NCBI GenBank assembly: GCA_041554135.1
Contig: JBFFML010000001.1
Location: forward strand, 95,459-159,458
DNA: 64,000 nt
Reading direction: 5' to 3'
Source of the DNA: Thermoplasmata archaeon
Lineage (GTDB): Archaea > Thermoplasmatota > Thermoplasmata > UBA10834
Position 1 is the stretch's first letter, and every line of letters starts with the position of its first letter. Of this stretch, positions 1-8,632 are shown piece by piece. The notes beneath the pieces were generated by a model. It was given only the letters and a program-made list of their open reading frames with translations, searched no databases and had not been told where the DNA came from. Made by a program: the position numbers and the translations under genes.

Positions 1-947
1 TTGAGGTCGAAGAACAGCGCCTCGGAACCCATCTTCCTGATGCTGGATATATCGAGCGAACGTGCGGTCTCAGGGCGTACACGGTTGACATGCAGCCTCA
101 CGATCTTGCCGTCGACAGGGTTCTCCTCCAGCGTCGACTTGATCGTGCGGGCGATGTCCGTCGCCGTGAGGTCGTGTGCGTCTACCGGCTCCAACTCGAG
201 CATGTCCCTGATTGTCAATTCATGGAACTCCACCGAGCCGTTGTCGAGATCCACCTCTACCAGTCCCTTGCTCTGGCCGAGCTCCCCGAAACCGAGCCGC
301 TCGGTCGATCCCGAGTAGTACATCCCCGTCTTGACCTTCGAGAACCTGTGGTAGTGCCCGAGTGCGATGTAGTCGAGGCCCTCCGGGAAGTCCTCCATCG
401 CGATGGACTGTTCGTTCAGGTCATCCATCTTGTAGGTGTTCGACCCCATTATCCCCGCGTGGAGCACGGCGACATTGTATCTAGTCTCCGTCGACGGAGC
501 CATCCCCTTGAGCGCATCCGACACCGGGGGATCCACCGAATGGGGCATGGCGTGTACCGTCACGTCCCCTAGAACGATCCGAGCGACACCTGGATCGTGG
601 ACTGGATGGATGCCTTCAAGATGCTCGAATATGTTGAATATGCTCCCTGTCTCTCGAAGCCGAGGCGTCGAATGGTTCCCCGATATCAGCACCGTTGGTA
701 TGCCCGAATGCGACAGCCTTATCATCTGCCTCAGGGCGAAGCTTATCGCCCTGTTGTGTGGCTGCGCCTTATCGAACATGTCCCCCGCGTGCACGACGAT
801 GTCCGGCGCGAGTTCGATCGCCTTGTCGATCGCCTGCGCGAATGCCGAGTAGAAGTCCGCCTCTCGCTGGTTGATCCCGAGCTCGGGGTCGGACTTCGAA
901 TACGCCGAGAAACCTAGATGGCTGTCCGAGATGTGTACTATCCTCAT
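1..947 (-). CDS. mre11: DNA double-strand-break repair nuclease Mre11 (calcineurin-like phosphoesterase); 3' part cut by window edge
   Basis: Not in the ORF track because it runs off the left edge. My minus-strand translation from ATG 947-945 gives MRIVHISDSHLG...VVHAGDMFD...LISGNHS...ALGHYH. These are the DxH / GD / GNH / GH phosphoesterase motifs in Mre11 order. The frame stays open to nt 3. Confidence 0.85.
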   Translation of the reverse strand, partial: MRIVHISDSHLGFSAYSKSDPELGINQREADFYSAFAQAIDKAIELAPDIVVHAGDMFDKAQPHNRAISFALRQMIRLSHSGIPTVLISGNHSTPRLRETGSIFNIFEHLEGIHPVHDPGVARIVLGDVTVHAMPHSVDPPVSDALKGMAPSTETRYNVAVLHAGIMGSNTYKMDDLNEQSIAMEDFPEGLDYIALGHYHRFSKVKTGMYYSGSTERLGFGELGQSKGLVEVDLDNGSVEFHELTIRDMLELEPVDAHDLTATDIARTIKSTLEENPVDGKIVRLHVNRVRPETARSLDISSIRKMGSEALFFDL

Positions 948-1069
948 TCTATGTGACCGTCCATGATGCCCCTCTGTCTGCGCGAGGCGTGTCCGGGCCA
1001 TCGAATGACTCACAGGGTTTTGAGCTTATGGTCTGCATATATGACAGGTTATCCGACGATTGCGCACGG

Positions 1070-2041
1070 ATGTCTGAAAGATTCAAATTCCTGTACCAGC
1101 ATTGGCAGACCATGGCATCCGACCTCGTCAGCCTGGACGCGACCGCCAGGGGCGAACCCCTCAGGTTGAGGTCATACGGCATAGGCAGTGCAGGATGCAA
1201 CATGGTATCCGCATCGACCTTTCCCTCCGTCGCGTTCTCCACATCCGCTGCCGATGTCGAGAGGTCGCGAGCTGCCAGGAAGATGGTCGTGACCCCTGAG
1301 AAGCTGGTGGGGCTGTACAACACGGACCCAAAGCTTGTGGCGCAGATGCCTTCCGTCGTCGGTGACGACATCCTCGCGCTGTTCGACGAGGCCGACGTCG
1401 CATATCTGATGAGCGGCCTAGGCGGCGTCGCTGGCAGCCTCGGAACGAGCGTGCTTGGAAGGGCGGCGAAGGCGAGACGCATTGTCGCCGTCTCGGCCGT
1501 GGCGTTGCCCTTCTCCGCAGAGAGCGAGCGGAGGCGGACCTTCGCGCTCAAGTGCAACGGACGGATCATGTCGGATGTCGACCTGAACATCGTGTTCGGG
1601 AACGACGCGCTTTCCAGCCTCGCCCCGCATCTCGCCATCTCAAAGGCCTTCAGTCTGTTGAACCGCATAATGCATCGTCCCGCGATGGAGATCGCGATGA
1701 TACTGGGGAGGGCGAGCGCGAGGAAGCTCGTCGAGGTGATCGGACCCAACGTCGACGGCCGCTTCGGGCTCGGCATGGGCAGAGGCGATGGTCGCGTGGC
1801 CAAGGCGGTAGAGGAGGCGCTCGGGTCTCCGTGGTTCGATTGCCCTGTCGAAAGGACCGGCGCTGCGATAGCGGTGTATTCCGCGTCGGATCCCTGGGAC
1901 AAGGAGCTGTCGAGCATGCTCGAAGCCCTTCGAACAGCGATGCCCGACGCCAGGATCGCATACGGGTCATATGCCGATGCCGGCCTGGGAGATAGCGTCC
2001 GCCTGAGCCTGGTCGTCTGCAGGGAGCCGTGCGACCGGTGA
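1070..2041 (+). CDS. Divergent FtsZ/tubulin-family paralogue with degenerate GTP-binding signature
   Basis: ORF 953..2041. Colinear with FtsZ: GIGSAGCNMV (cf. GxGGxGxN), GLGGVAGSL in place of GGGTG[ST]G, LPFSAESERR (cf. PFxFEGxxR), FGNDAL, and GLGMGRGDGRVAKAVEEALGSP. The start is uncertain. ATG 953 is 5 nt from the divergent mre11 start. ATG 1070 lies about 30 nt after the TATA-like GCATATATGA (1035-1044), which favours a leaderless start. ATG 1112 is also possible. Confidence 0.6.
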   Translation: MSERFKFLYQHWQTMASDLVSLDATARGEPLRLRSYGIGSAGCNMVSASTFPSVAFSTSAADVERSRAARKMVVTPEKLVGLYNTDPKLVAQMPSVVGDDILALFDEADVAYLMSGLGGVAGSLGTSVLGRAAKARRIVAVSAVALPFSAESERRRTFALKCNGRIMSDVDLNIVFGNDALSSLAPHLAISKAFSLLNRIMHRPAMEIAMILGRASARKLVEVIGPNVDGRFGLGMGRGDGRVAKAVEEALGSPWFDCPVERTGAAIAVYSASDPWDKELSSMLEALRTAMPDARIAYGSYADAGLGDSVRLSLVVCREPCDR

Positions 2042-2132
2042 TGACGTTTACGTACGTCAAACCATGGACGCTCACATGGGCGCTCGCCGTCGACGACACC
2101 AGCTGACGATCCGCCTGTCCGCGCGAAGCAAA

Positions 2133-2138
2133 TTTATA
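2133..2138 (+). promoter_or_regulatory. TATA-box candidate (TTTATA) for the C45-peptidase gene
   Basis: AAGCAAATTTATAGCAC is the only AT-rich box in the 2042-2242 spacer. Its position implies transcription starts after the TTG at 2147. Confidence 0.4.
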
Positions 2139-2242
2139 GCACGTACTTGTTCATCAACACGCCTTGGGCGGGAGAGCAGTCAGTGCCCGTTATTGCCGGG
2201 ATGCTGATCTCGCCTGCGCGGGGTTTGTGGAGGGGAGCGAAA

Positions 2243-3796
2243 GTGAGAAAAACGATAGTGGTCGCCTCGGCGCTTATGTTGGTGCTGGTGATGGCGGCGC
2301 TCTCGGTTCCGCTGGTGGCGAAGCAAGATGGAGGTGGCCAGCCAAAGGGCGACACCTTGACGCTTTACCTTAGCGGCACCCCGAGGGAAATGGGGATGCA
2401 GTACGGATTGTATGCGAGCGATGCGATCTCGGCCAACGTCGATCAGATGTGGGCCTGGGCCGCCGCAGAGGGAATGGACCCCGCCGACATGGTCGCGGAG
2501 GCGTTCGCGGTTGAGCAACGCATGACGGCTGACATGGTCGCGGAGTTGCAGGGCATGGCCGAGACCTCTGGCACGTCATATGAGGACTTGCTGGTGCTGA
2601 ACGTCTACAACGACGGTGGCAGCGAACAGAGGGCGTGCACGTGCTTCGCGGCTGCCGGCTCTGGCACGCCTGATGGCCAGGCCCTGTCCTCGAAGAACAG
2701 GGACCTCAACAACATACAGGTGCTGTTGGTCGTGGAGCCGCTGGTCGGTTACAGGTATTTCGGCATGATGTCGGCTGGGGCCCTTGGGATCGCTCAAGGC
2801 ATAAACGAGAAGGGTCTGGCGATCGGGCACACGTGGATGCCCGTGCCGGAGTTCGACGAGATGGGATTCTCGCCATTCATGGTGAATCAGTTCGTCATGG
2901 AGAGCTGTGCTGATGTCCCTGAGGCGATATCCTACATAGACGACATACCGAAGGGCGAGGGTGCGACGTTCATCCTCTCCGATGCGGACTTGGCCGCGTT
3001 CGTCGAGACGATACCGACGATGTACGCCGCTGTATATGGCAACGACGCCGCAGTCGACCTGATAGAGGACGGCGCGTCGGCGCACACGAACCACTATGTC
3101 CTTGAGCCGTTCTTCAGCGCCGTCTGCGATGACGCCTTCGGGTACATGTGGACGCCGTCGTACGCCCGTTACGACAGGGCGTTCGAGCTCCTGGCAGAGA
3201 ACCCCGTGGTCGACGTGGAGCTTGTGCAGTCGTTCACGAGGGACCTCGAGGACTGGGGCTGTGGATCCCCGACGGAGGTCATCGAGGCCCATCCTGAGAT
3301 CCCGGACGAATGCTGGAGCAACGGATGGCCGGGCTTCTCGATATGCAACGCCAGGACCGTTAGCGCGTCCGTGTTCACGACGGACAAGGAGTACCCCGAG
3401 TACCTGTCCGTGATGTGGATGGCGGTCAACAATCCGGCGTGGGCGCCATATGTGCCCGTGCACAACGGCCTTCTGTTGAAGCCTGATGTTGTCGGCGAGT
3501 CGTTCGAGGATTACATCGATGGAAGGGCGTGGAGCCTGTCGATGCAGCTGAGAAGCGTGGGAGACTGGGGCGACCTCATACCCGTGTTCGAGTCCTGGGA
3601 GGACGAATGGCTCTCCGAAACCGCTGCAGCCGAAAGCGCTGCGCGCAGCCTCTTGGACGCAGGCAAGGTCAGCAAGGCCGTTTCGGTCCTGACCGATGTC
3701 GACTGCGGTATAGCGCTTGAGGCGCTCGAGCTCATGGGATCGTTGCTCGAGGCACCGTACTCGGCCAGCATTGCAGTTGCGACGGTCGAGGACTGA
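2243..3796 (+). CDS. Membrane-anchored/secreted Ntn-hydrolase of the peptidase C45 (acyl-CoA:6-aminopenicillanic-acid acyltransferase-like) family
   Basis: ORF 2147..3796. The interior reads LTLYLSGTPREMGMQYG ... ACTCFAA (candidate nucleophile Cys) ... SKNRD ... INEKGLAIGH. GTG 2243 follows GGAGGGGAG and gives VRKTIVVASALMLVLVMAAL, a signal anchor. ATG 2201 is an alternative. TTG 2147 lies before the predicted TSS. Confidence 0.6.
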   Translation: MRKTIVVASALMLVLVMAALSVPLVAKQDGGGQPKGDTLTLYLSGTPREMGMQYGLYASDAISANVDQMWAWAAAEGMDPADMVAEAFAVEQRMTADMVAELQGMAETSGTSYEDLLVLNVYNDGGSEQRACTCFAAAGSGTPDGQALSSKNRDLNNIQVLLVVEPLVGYRYFGMMSAGALGIAQGINEKGLAIGHTWMPVPEFDEMGFSPFMVNQFVMESCADVPEAISYIDDIPKGEGATFILSDADLAAFVETIPTMYAAVYGNDAAVDLIEDGASAHTNHYVLEPFFSAVCDDAFGYMWTPSYARYDRAFELLAENPVVDVELVQSFTRDLEDWGCGSPTEVIEAHPEIPDECWSNGWPGFSICNARTVSASVFTTDKEYPEYLSVMWMAVNNPAWAPYVPVHNGLLLKPDVVGESFEDYIDGRAWSLSMQLRSVGDWGDLIPVFESWEDEWLSETAAAESAARSLLDAGKVSKAVSVLTDVDCGIALEALELMGSLLEAPYSASIAVATVED

Positions 3797-3877
3797 GCTA
3801 CCAGTACGCCGCGGTTCCGTGGTAACGTCCAACGGCCGGAAACCCTTTAACTCTGATTCTTTCCAGAACTGCCGACG

Positions 3878-3906
3878 GGCGAGCGCCCCGTGGAGGGGCG
3901 GTCGCC
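3878..3906. terminator. GC-rich hairpin between convergent genes
   Basis: GGCGAGCGCCCC-gtgga-GGGGCGGTCGCC, a 12-bp stem with one mismatch, between the stops at 3796 (+) and 3925 (-). Confidence 0.4.
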
Positions 3907-3924
3907 TCTCAGTCCGCAGATGGT

Positions 3925-4257
3925 CTATACCTTCTCGAGGAAGTAGACTGTGACCGTATCGTTGGGCTTCGGCTGCTCCGAGAACTTGTACAGCTTGCCC
4001 AGCTTGTTGATCAACGTCTGCCTCGTCTCGCCGGGAGCCGCCTCAAGGTCGTACTCGAGGAAGCTGAACGGGAGGTCCTTGAACTTCCACGTGCACGCCA
4101 GCAGCACCCTTGCGCGGAACCGCTTCTTCGGGCTCACCACCTCTACCGTCTCGTCCGGGGCGAACTTGAGGTCCCCACGGTGCACTCGGATCGTCGCGAA
4201 CATGCGGTCGTTCAGTTTCTTCCAGTCTCTTGAGAAGTTCATCGTTCTTGGCTTCAT
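3925..4257 (-). CDS. Small conserved hypothetical, possibly ASCH/PUA-like fold
   Basis: 110-aa ORF with coding-like composition. The MFATIRVHRGDLKF motif resembles the F/T-x-T-I-R core of ASCH domains. This is a weak by-eye call. Stop codon is TAG. Confidence 0.35.
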   Translation of the reverse strand: MKPRTMNFSRDWKKLNDRMFATIRVHRGDLKFAPDETVEVVSPKKRFRARVLLACTWKFKDLPFSFLEYDLEAAPGETRQTLINKLGKLYKFSEQPKPNDTVTVYFLEKV

Positions 4258-4372
4258 TCTATCTTCCTATGATGTTCCATAATCTGTCCGGCCTAATTAC
4301 ACTTGGCGAGGCACAACGAATCATACGCCTGAGCGCCACGGGAGCGCACGGCCTTCTCGTCCTGCCTCGGGG

Positions 4373-5167
4373 CTACGTCCCAAGGCCGGCGAAGGCCCGC
4401 AAGGCCTCCTCCTCCATGAAATGAAGCTTTCCAGGCAGGACGATCGTGTGCATCGGCGGGCCGAAGTCCCTCGTCCTCATGTCCGCTATACGCCCTGCCG
4501 CGAGAAGGCAGTCCGGCGCCCCCGCCCTGGCGACCACGCAGACCAGCGTCCGTTCTGTCAGTCCCGCCTTCCCAGGGAGCCTATCCGCCATCTCGAGGAG
4601 CGCCTCGATACCCTCGTTCGCGGACATGAACCTCCCCGCCTCGGAGTCGATGTCCAGGAGGACCACGGAGTGGAGGCCCCTCTCGAGGTTGTCGAGGATG
4701 ATCTCAAGAGGGCTGACGGGCGCATACCCTTCGCGGCTGAACGGTACGGTGGTCACGCGGCCGAGCCTGTAATGCTGGAGGCCCAGCAGACCAGGGACCG
4801 CCGTGAGGACGGACGGCGCGTGCAAGATCGACGTCTCCGTCGACTCCTTGGCAGCCCTGAGGCGGAGGTCGATGTGCGTCGTCGCGGTCATCGGGTCCCC
4901 GGCGACGAGGAGCGCCACGCGCTTGCTCCTCGCCGAGTCGATGATCAGCGAACCTTCCTCCAACTCCTTCCGGCTCAGCAGCTCTATGCGCTTACCCGTC
5001 ACGCGTTCCAGCTCCGCCAAGGCCCCGTCTTTCAGAGCAGATGTGTATTGCTCCGCGAAGACGACCTCCGCAGCAGCTATCTCCTCCAGACCTCTCGCCG
5101 AGACATCCTTCTCGTCGCAGAGGCCCAAACCGATCAGTGTGAGCCTTCCCCGTCTGTCACCGCTCAT
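4373..5167 (-). CDS. dph5: Diphthine synthase (tetrapyrrole-methylase fold)
   Basis: From ATG 5167: MSGDRRGRLTLIGLGLCDEKDVSARGLEEI...VALLVAGDPMTATTH...GLQHYRLGR...GPPMHTIVLPG. The upstream 139 codons of ORF 4373..5584 overlap trm5 and look non-coding. Confidence 0.9.
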   Translation of the reverse strand: MSGDRRGRLTLIGLGLCDEKDVSARGLEEIAAAEVVFAEQYTSALKDGALAELERVTGKRIELLSRKELEEGSLIIDSARSKRVALLVAGDPMTATTHIDLRLRAAKESTETSILHAPSVLTAVPGLLGLQHYRLGRVTTVPFSREGYAPVSPLEIILDNLERGLHSVVLLDIDSEAGRFMSANEGIEALLEMADRLPGKAGLTERTLVCVVARAGAPDCLLAAGRIADMRTRDFGPPMHTIVLPGKLHFMEEEALRAFAGLGT

Positions 5168-5266
5168 CGAGCACCTGAACAAGGATTGCTGGCCAGGTAA
5201 TTGTACTCTTTGCTGGCACCGGCCGACAGCAGCCTTATCTATTGTGGACGATGATTTGTTCGTGGC

Positions 5267-6271
5267 ATGAAGTCCCTCTGCGTCGCCGTTCCAAGGAAGA
5301 AGGCGGAACCGGTGAGGAAGAAGCTGAGCTCGAAGGGCCTTCTCAGGAAGGACCTCCAGATCCGCTCCGACTCGAAGAACGTCTATCTCCCGGTTACGCA
5401 ACGAGTCGATGTGGGCTATCCCATGGAGACGAAGGACTTCCAGGAGGCCGAGGACCAGATCAAGGATTTCAGGGTGCTCGTGGACCTCCCGGACGGGTTG
5501 CGGAGATACCTCCCGTCCTCGTACGATGTCCTCGGAGCGATCGCCATCGTGAAGATATCCGACGAGGTGCTGCCTTTCGCCCACGAGATCGGGGAGGCCA
5601 TAATAGCGACGCAGAAAGCGATAAAGACCGTCTGCCTGGACGTCGGCGTCGTGGACGAGTTCCGGACCAGAGGGGTCAAGGTCGTGGCGGGCGACAAGGC
5701 GATGGAGACGCTACACAAGGAGCACGGCCTAACGTTCAAGATGGATGTGGCCAAGGTGTTCTTCTCTCCGAGGCTGGCCACGGAGAGGGAGATAGTCGCG
5801 AGGCAAGTCGCCCCAGGTGAGGTCGTCATCGACATGTTCGCGGGCATCGGTCCGTTCTCGATACTCATCGCGAAGACGCGCTCCCCGAAGGTCATATACT
5901 CCATAGACTCGAACCCCGACGCCATAAGGTACATGGAGGAGAACATCGAGCTCAACGGCGTCTCCTGCGTCGAACCACTCCTGGGCGACGCGCGGGACAG
6001 GGTGCGCGGCCTCGAGCCTGCGGACAGGATAATCATGAACCTTCCCCACAGCGCGTTCGACTTCCTGCCGGACGCGATCCAGGCCCTCAGGCCAGGGGGC
6101 GTGGTTCACTTCTACGAGATCATGGAGGAGGCGGACCTCGAGAAGAGGACCGACAGCATGAGGTCGATGGCCGTCAAGGAGGGCAGGGTGATGAAGATGC
6201 TGGCTCGGCGGAAGGTCAAGAGCTACTCCCCGAACCTGAACTTCTACGCCTTCGACATCTCATTCCTTTGA
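5267..6271 (+). CDS. trm5: tRNA (guanine37-N1)-methyltransferase Trm5 (aTrm5/Taw22 family)
   Basis: FSPRLATEREIVARQVAPGEVVIDMFAGIGPFSILIAK...IYSIDSNPDAIRYMEENIELN...IMNLPHSA, the class-I SAM methyltransferase motifs of Trm5. Confidence 0.88.
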   Translation: MKSLCVAVPRKKAEPVRKKLSSKGLLRKDLQIRSDSKNVYLPVTQRVDVGYPMETKDFQEAEDQIKDFRVLVDLPDGLRRYLPSSYDVLGAIAIVKISDEVLPFAHEIGEAIIATQKAIKTVCLDVGVVDEFRTRGVKVVAGDKAMETLHKEHGLTFKMDVAKVFFSPRLATEREIVARQVAPGEVVIDMFAGIGPFSILIAKTRSPKVIYSIDSNPDAIRYMEENIELNGVSCVEPLLGDARDRVRGLEPADRIIMNLPHSAFDFLPDAIQALRPGGVVHFYEIMEEADLEKRTDSMRSMAVKEGRVMKMLARRKVKSYSPNLNFYAFDISFL

Positions 6272-6757
6272 GCCTCGAGTCGGCGACAGCGTAATGCCTC
6301 GCTGCCCCTGATAGTTGCCCGACCGCTCGCCGTACTCCTTGTGCGCCCTCGAGCGAAGCTCCTCGAACACGACCTGGGCGAACCTGTCGCCGACCCCGAT
6401 GGCCACGGGGGACGAGGACGCGTTGTATGCTGAAAAGGTCAGATTTCCCTTGAATCCAGCATCGATTCTGCCAAAAGAGGACAATATTCCCTTGCGTACC
6501 CAGGTGGTCCTGATCCATATCCCTCCGACAATGTCGGGCGGGAGTTCGAGGTGTTCCTTCGTCCCTATCACGAACCACTCCCTACCCGGCACTTCCACCT
6601 CGCCCTGGTCGGCCCTGGAGTCCAGGGACGGTATCCAGACCTCGCTGACGGTCACGTCGTAGCCGTTGGGCGTGAGGTTCGCCTCGTCGAAGTCGCCGAT
6701 CTTCAGCAGACCCTTCTCGACGAGGCTCAGTATGTCGGAATCCGATAGGACTGCCAA
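6260..6757 (-). CDS. dcd: dCTP deaminase / dUTPase-family protein
   Basis: MAVLSDSDILSLVEKG...LTPNGYDVTV...GRIDAGFKGNLTFSAYN...IGVGDRFAQVVF. Its 3' end overlaps the trm5 3' end by 12 nt (convergent). Confidence 0.8.
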   Translation of the reverse strand: MAVLSDSDILSLVEKGLLKIGDFDEANLTPNGYDVTVSEVWIPSLDSRADQGEVEVPGREWFVIGTKEHLELPPDIVGGIWIRTTWVRKGILSSFGRIDAGFKGNLTFSAYNASSSPVAIGVGDRFAQVVFEELRSRAHKEYGERSGNYQGQRGITLSPTRGSKE

Positions 6758-6763
6758 ACTCGA

Positions 6764-7411
6764 TCACCCGGACTTCTTCTTCGCCTTGGGCTTTCCCTTG
6801 GACCGCCTGCTCTTCCCCTGGGGGCGACCCCTGGCGGCGCTGGCCGTCTTCTTGCGGGCGGCGTCGGCTTCCGCCTGCCGTCCCGCGGCCTCGTTCGCCA
6901 GGTCCCTGAACCTGGAGAACGACACGGGCCATCTCTCGTTGAGCTCGAGCGCGAACGATTCGGAGATGGCCTCCGGATCCTGGAGCCGTATCGGGACGAA
7001 CCCCGCCTCGGCGAGCCGGTCATTCACCGGGTCGACGGACTTCGCGGCCCGTTCCCACGTGAACAGGGCTTCGATCCCGTCCAGGTCCTTCACGACGTCG
7101 ACGATGTACTCGGTTCCCAACTGTGCGAGGACCCTCGTGTACAGCCTCTTCAGGTCGTCCGCCGACTTCAAGGCCTTCTTTCTGATGTCATCCATCAGTT
7201 CGTCGAGCTCGCCCTCGTCGAGTTCCTCGAGAGCCTGGGGCGAGGCTGAGATCGCGTCCCTCGCCTCGACCATTATCGCAGGTTCGAGGTCGGTCTCGAT
7301 GGAGCGTATGATCACTATCCCATGCCTGGCCAGCGCGGCCTTGGCCTCGGCGAGGTCTTTGTACAGGATCGGGTCGGGTGCCTTCTGCATGTGCGCCTCC
7401 CGCGCGCTCAT
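6764..7411 (-). CDS. Hypothetical acidic protein with Lys/Arg-rich C-terminal tail
   Basis: 215-aa ORF. Its start ATG is embedded in an ATGA overlap with the M42 peptidase stop (7408-7411). The tail is RKKTASAARGRPQGKSRRSKGKPKAKKKSG. No family recognised. Confidence 0.55.
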   Translation of the reverse strand: MSAREAHMQKAPDPILYKDLAEAKAALARHGIVIIRSIETDLEPAIMVEARDAISASPQALEELDEGELDELMDDIRKKALKSADDLKRLYTRVLAQLGTEYIVDVVKDLDGIEALFTWERAAKSVDPVNDRLAEAGFVPIRLQDPEAISESFALELNERWPVSFSRFRDLANEAAGRQAEADAARKKTASAARGRPQGKSRRSKGKPKAKKKSG

Positions 7412-8511
7412 ATCTCGGTGAAGCTCTCCACTTTCTTCTTGTCGAGCTTCTTCACGACCTCGACGAGCAGTTTGATGGTGTTCTCTGTGTCGGTGAGGCT
7501 GAGCATGCCAGCGTGCGCGTGTATATGTCTCGTCGGGACGCCTATCACGAGGCTGGGACAGCCCGCGTTGGATATGTGTATGATGCCCGCGTCCGTGCCC
7601 CCTCTCGCTATCTGGGAGAGCTGATGCGGTATCTTCGATCTCTCAGCCGTGCTCACCACGAACTCGAGCAACTCCTGGTTCGGTATCATGGACGAGTCGT
7701 ATGTGGTTATCGAGGGTCCGAGCCCCATCTTGGACGGCGCCTCGCTCGCCTCGATGCCCGGGACATCGCCAGCTATGTCTACTTCCACCGTGAGGCACAC
7801 GTCCGGCCTGACGACGAACGCGGTCGTCCTCGCGCCTCTGAGCCCCACCTCCTCCTGGGTGGTGGCCGCGCCTATGACGGTGTTCGGGTGCTGGATGTCC
7901 TTCTGCTTGAGTCTCCGGACCACCTCCGCTGACACGAACGCGCCTATGCGGTCGTCGAAAGCCTTGCCTATGGCTATCGTATCCGAACCCTTCCTCTTGC
8001 CGTCGCGGTAGACGCTCTTGGTGATTGTGGAGAACGACGAGTCCGGCATCACGGGGTTCCCGATCCTCACGCCCATCGCCTTGGCCTCTTCCTCGTTCGA
8101 TGCCCCGATGTCGATGAACATCTTGTCCTTCGTCACGACCTTTGACCTCTCATCCTGCGGGAGCAGGTGCGGAGGCTTCGCCGCGATTATGCCTGGTATC
8201 TGTCCCTTCGCTGTCCTTACCTTGACCCGCTGGCCCAGGAGGACTTGGTCGAACCATCCGCCAAGGGGGTTGAACGTCAGGTAGCCCAGCTTGTTGATGG
8301 ACGATACTATGAACCCCACCTCGTCCACGTGGCCCGGTATCAGGATCGTCGGGGAGTCGTACTTCCCCTTCTTGGTGAATAGGAGTGAGCCCAACCGGTC
8401 CGTCGATATCTCATCCGAGAATCTCTCGACATAGTCTCTCACCAGTTTCGTCGCCTCCCTCTCGAACCCTGCTGGGCCGAAGCTGTTTGTCAGCTCTTCA
8501 AGGAACTTCAT
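7408..8511 (-). CDS. M42 family metallo-aminopeptidase (TET/FrvX-like)
   Basis: From ATG 8511: MKFLEELTNSFGPAGFEREA...PGHVDEVGF...AFDDRIGAF...TTQEEVGLRGA...GGTDAG...GVPTRHIHA. The 170-codon extension in ORF 7408..9021 overlaps the opposite-strand gene and was rejected. Confidence 0.88.
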   Translation of the reverse strand: MKFLEELTNSFGPAGFEREATKLVRDYVERFSDEISTDRLGSLLFTKKGKYDSPTILIPGHVDEVGFIVSSINKLGYLTFNPLGGWFDQVLLGQRVKVRTAKGQIPGIIAAKPPHLLPQDERSKVVTKDKMFIDIGASNEEEAKAMGVRIGNPVMPDSSFSTITKSVYRDGKRKGSDTIAIGKAFDDRIGAFVSAEVVRRLKQKDIQHPNTVIGAATTQEEVGLRGARTTAFVVRPDVCLTVEVDIAGDVPGIEASEAPSKMGLGPSITTYDSSMIPNQELLEFVVSTAERSKIPHQLSQIARGGTDAGIIHISNAGCPSLVIGVPTRHIHAHAGMLSLTDTENTIKLLVEVVKKLDKKKVESFTEI

Positions 8512-8632
8512 GCTCTGTTTGTCCGCCAAGAATATCACCTTGTCCGAGCTATCATGATGACCATAGATAACACTTACTGTCGACACCAGTTTCGTCCACC
8601 CTGGGTGAAGGTCGATAGACCATGTTCCGTAT

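Noticed and set aside
953-1069. ATG 953 as the start of the FtsZ-like gene
   Set aside because: It would leave only 5 nt between divergent start codons, so there is no room for promoters. The first 39 residues have no FtsZ counterpart, and a TATA-like box lies inside this segment.
2039-2057. Short palindrome TGACG-tttacgta-CGTCA at the FtsZ-like gene stop as a terminator
   Set aside because: The stem is only 5 bp with no T-tract. It is too weak to call.
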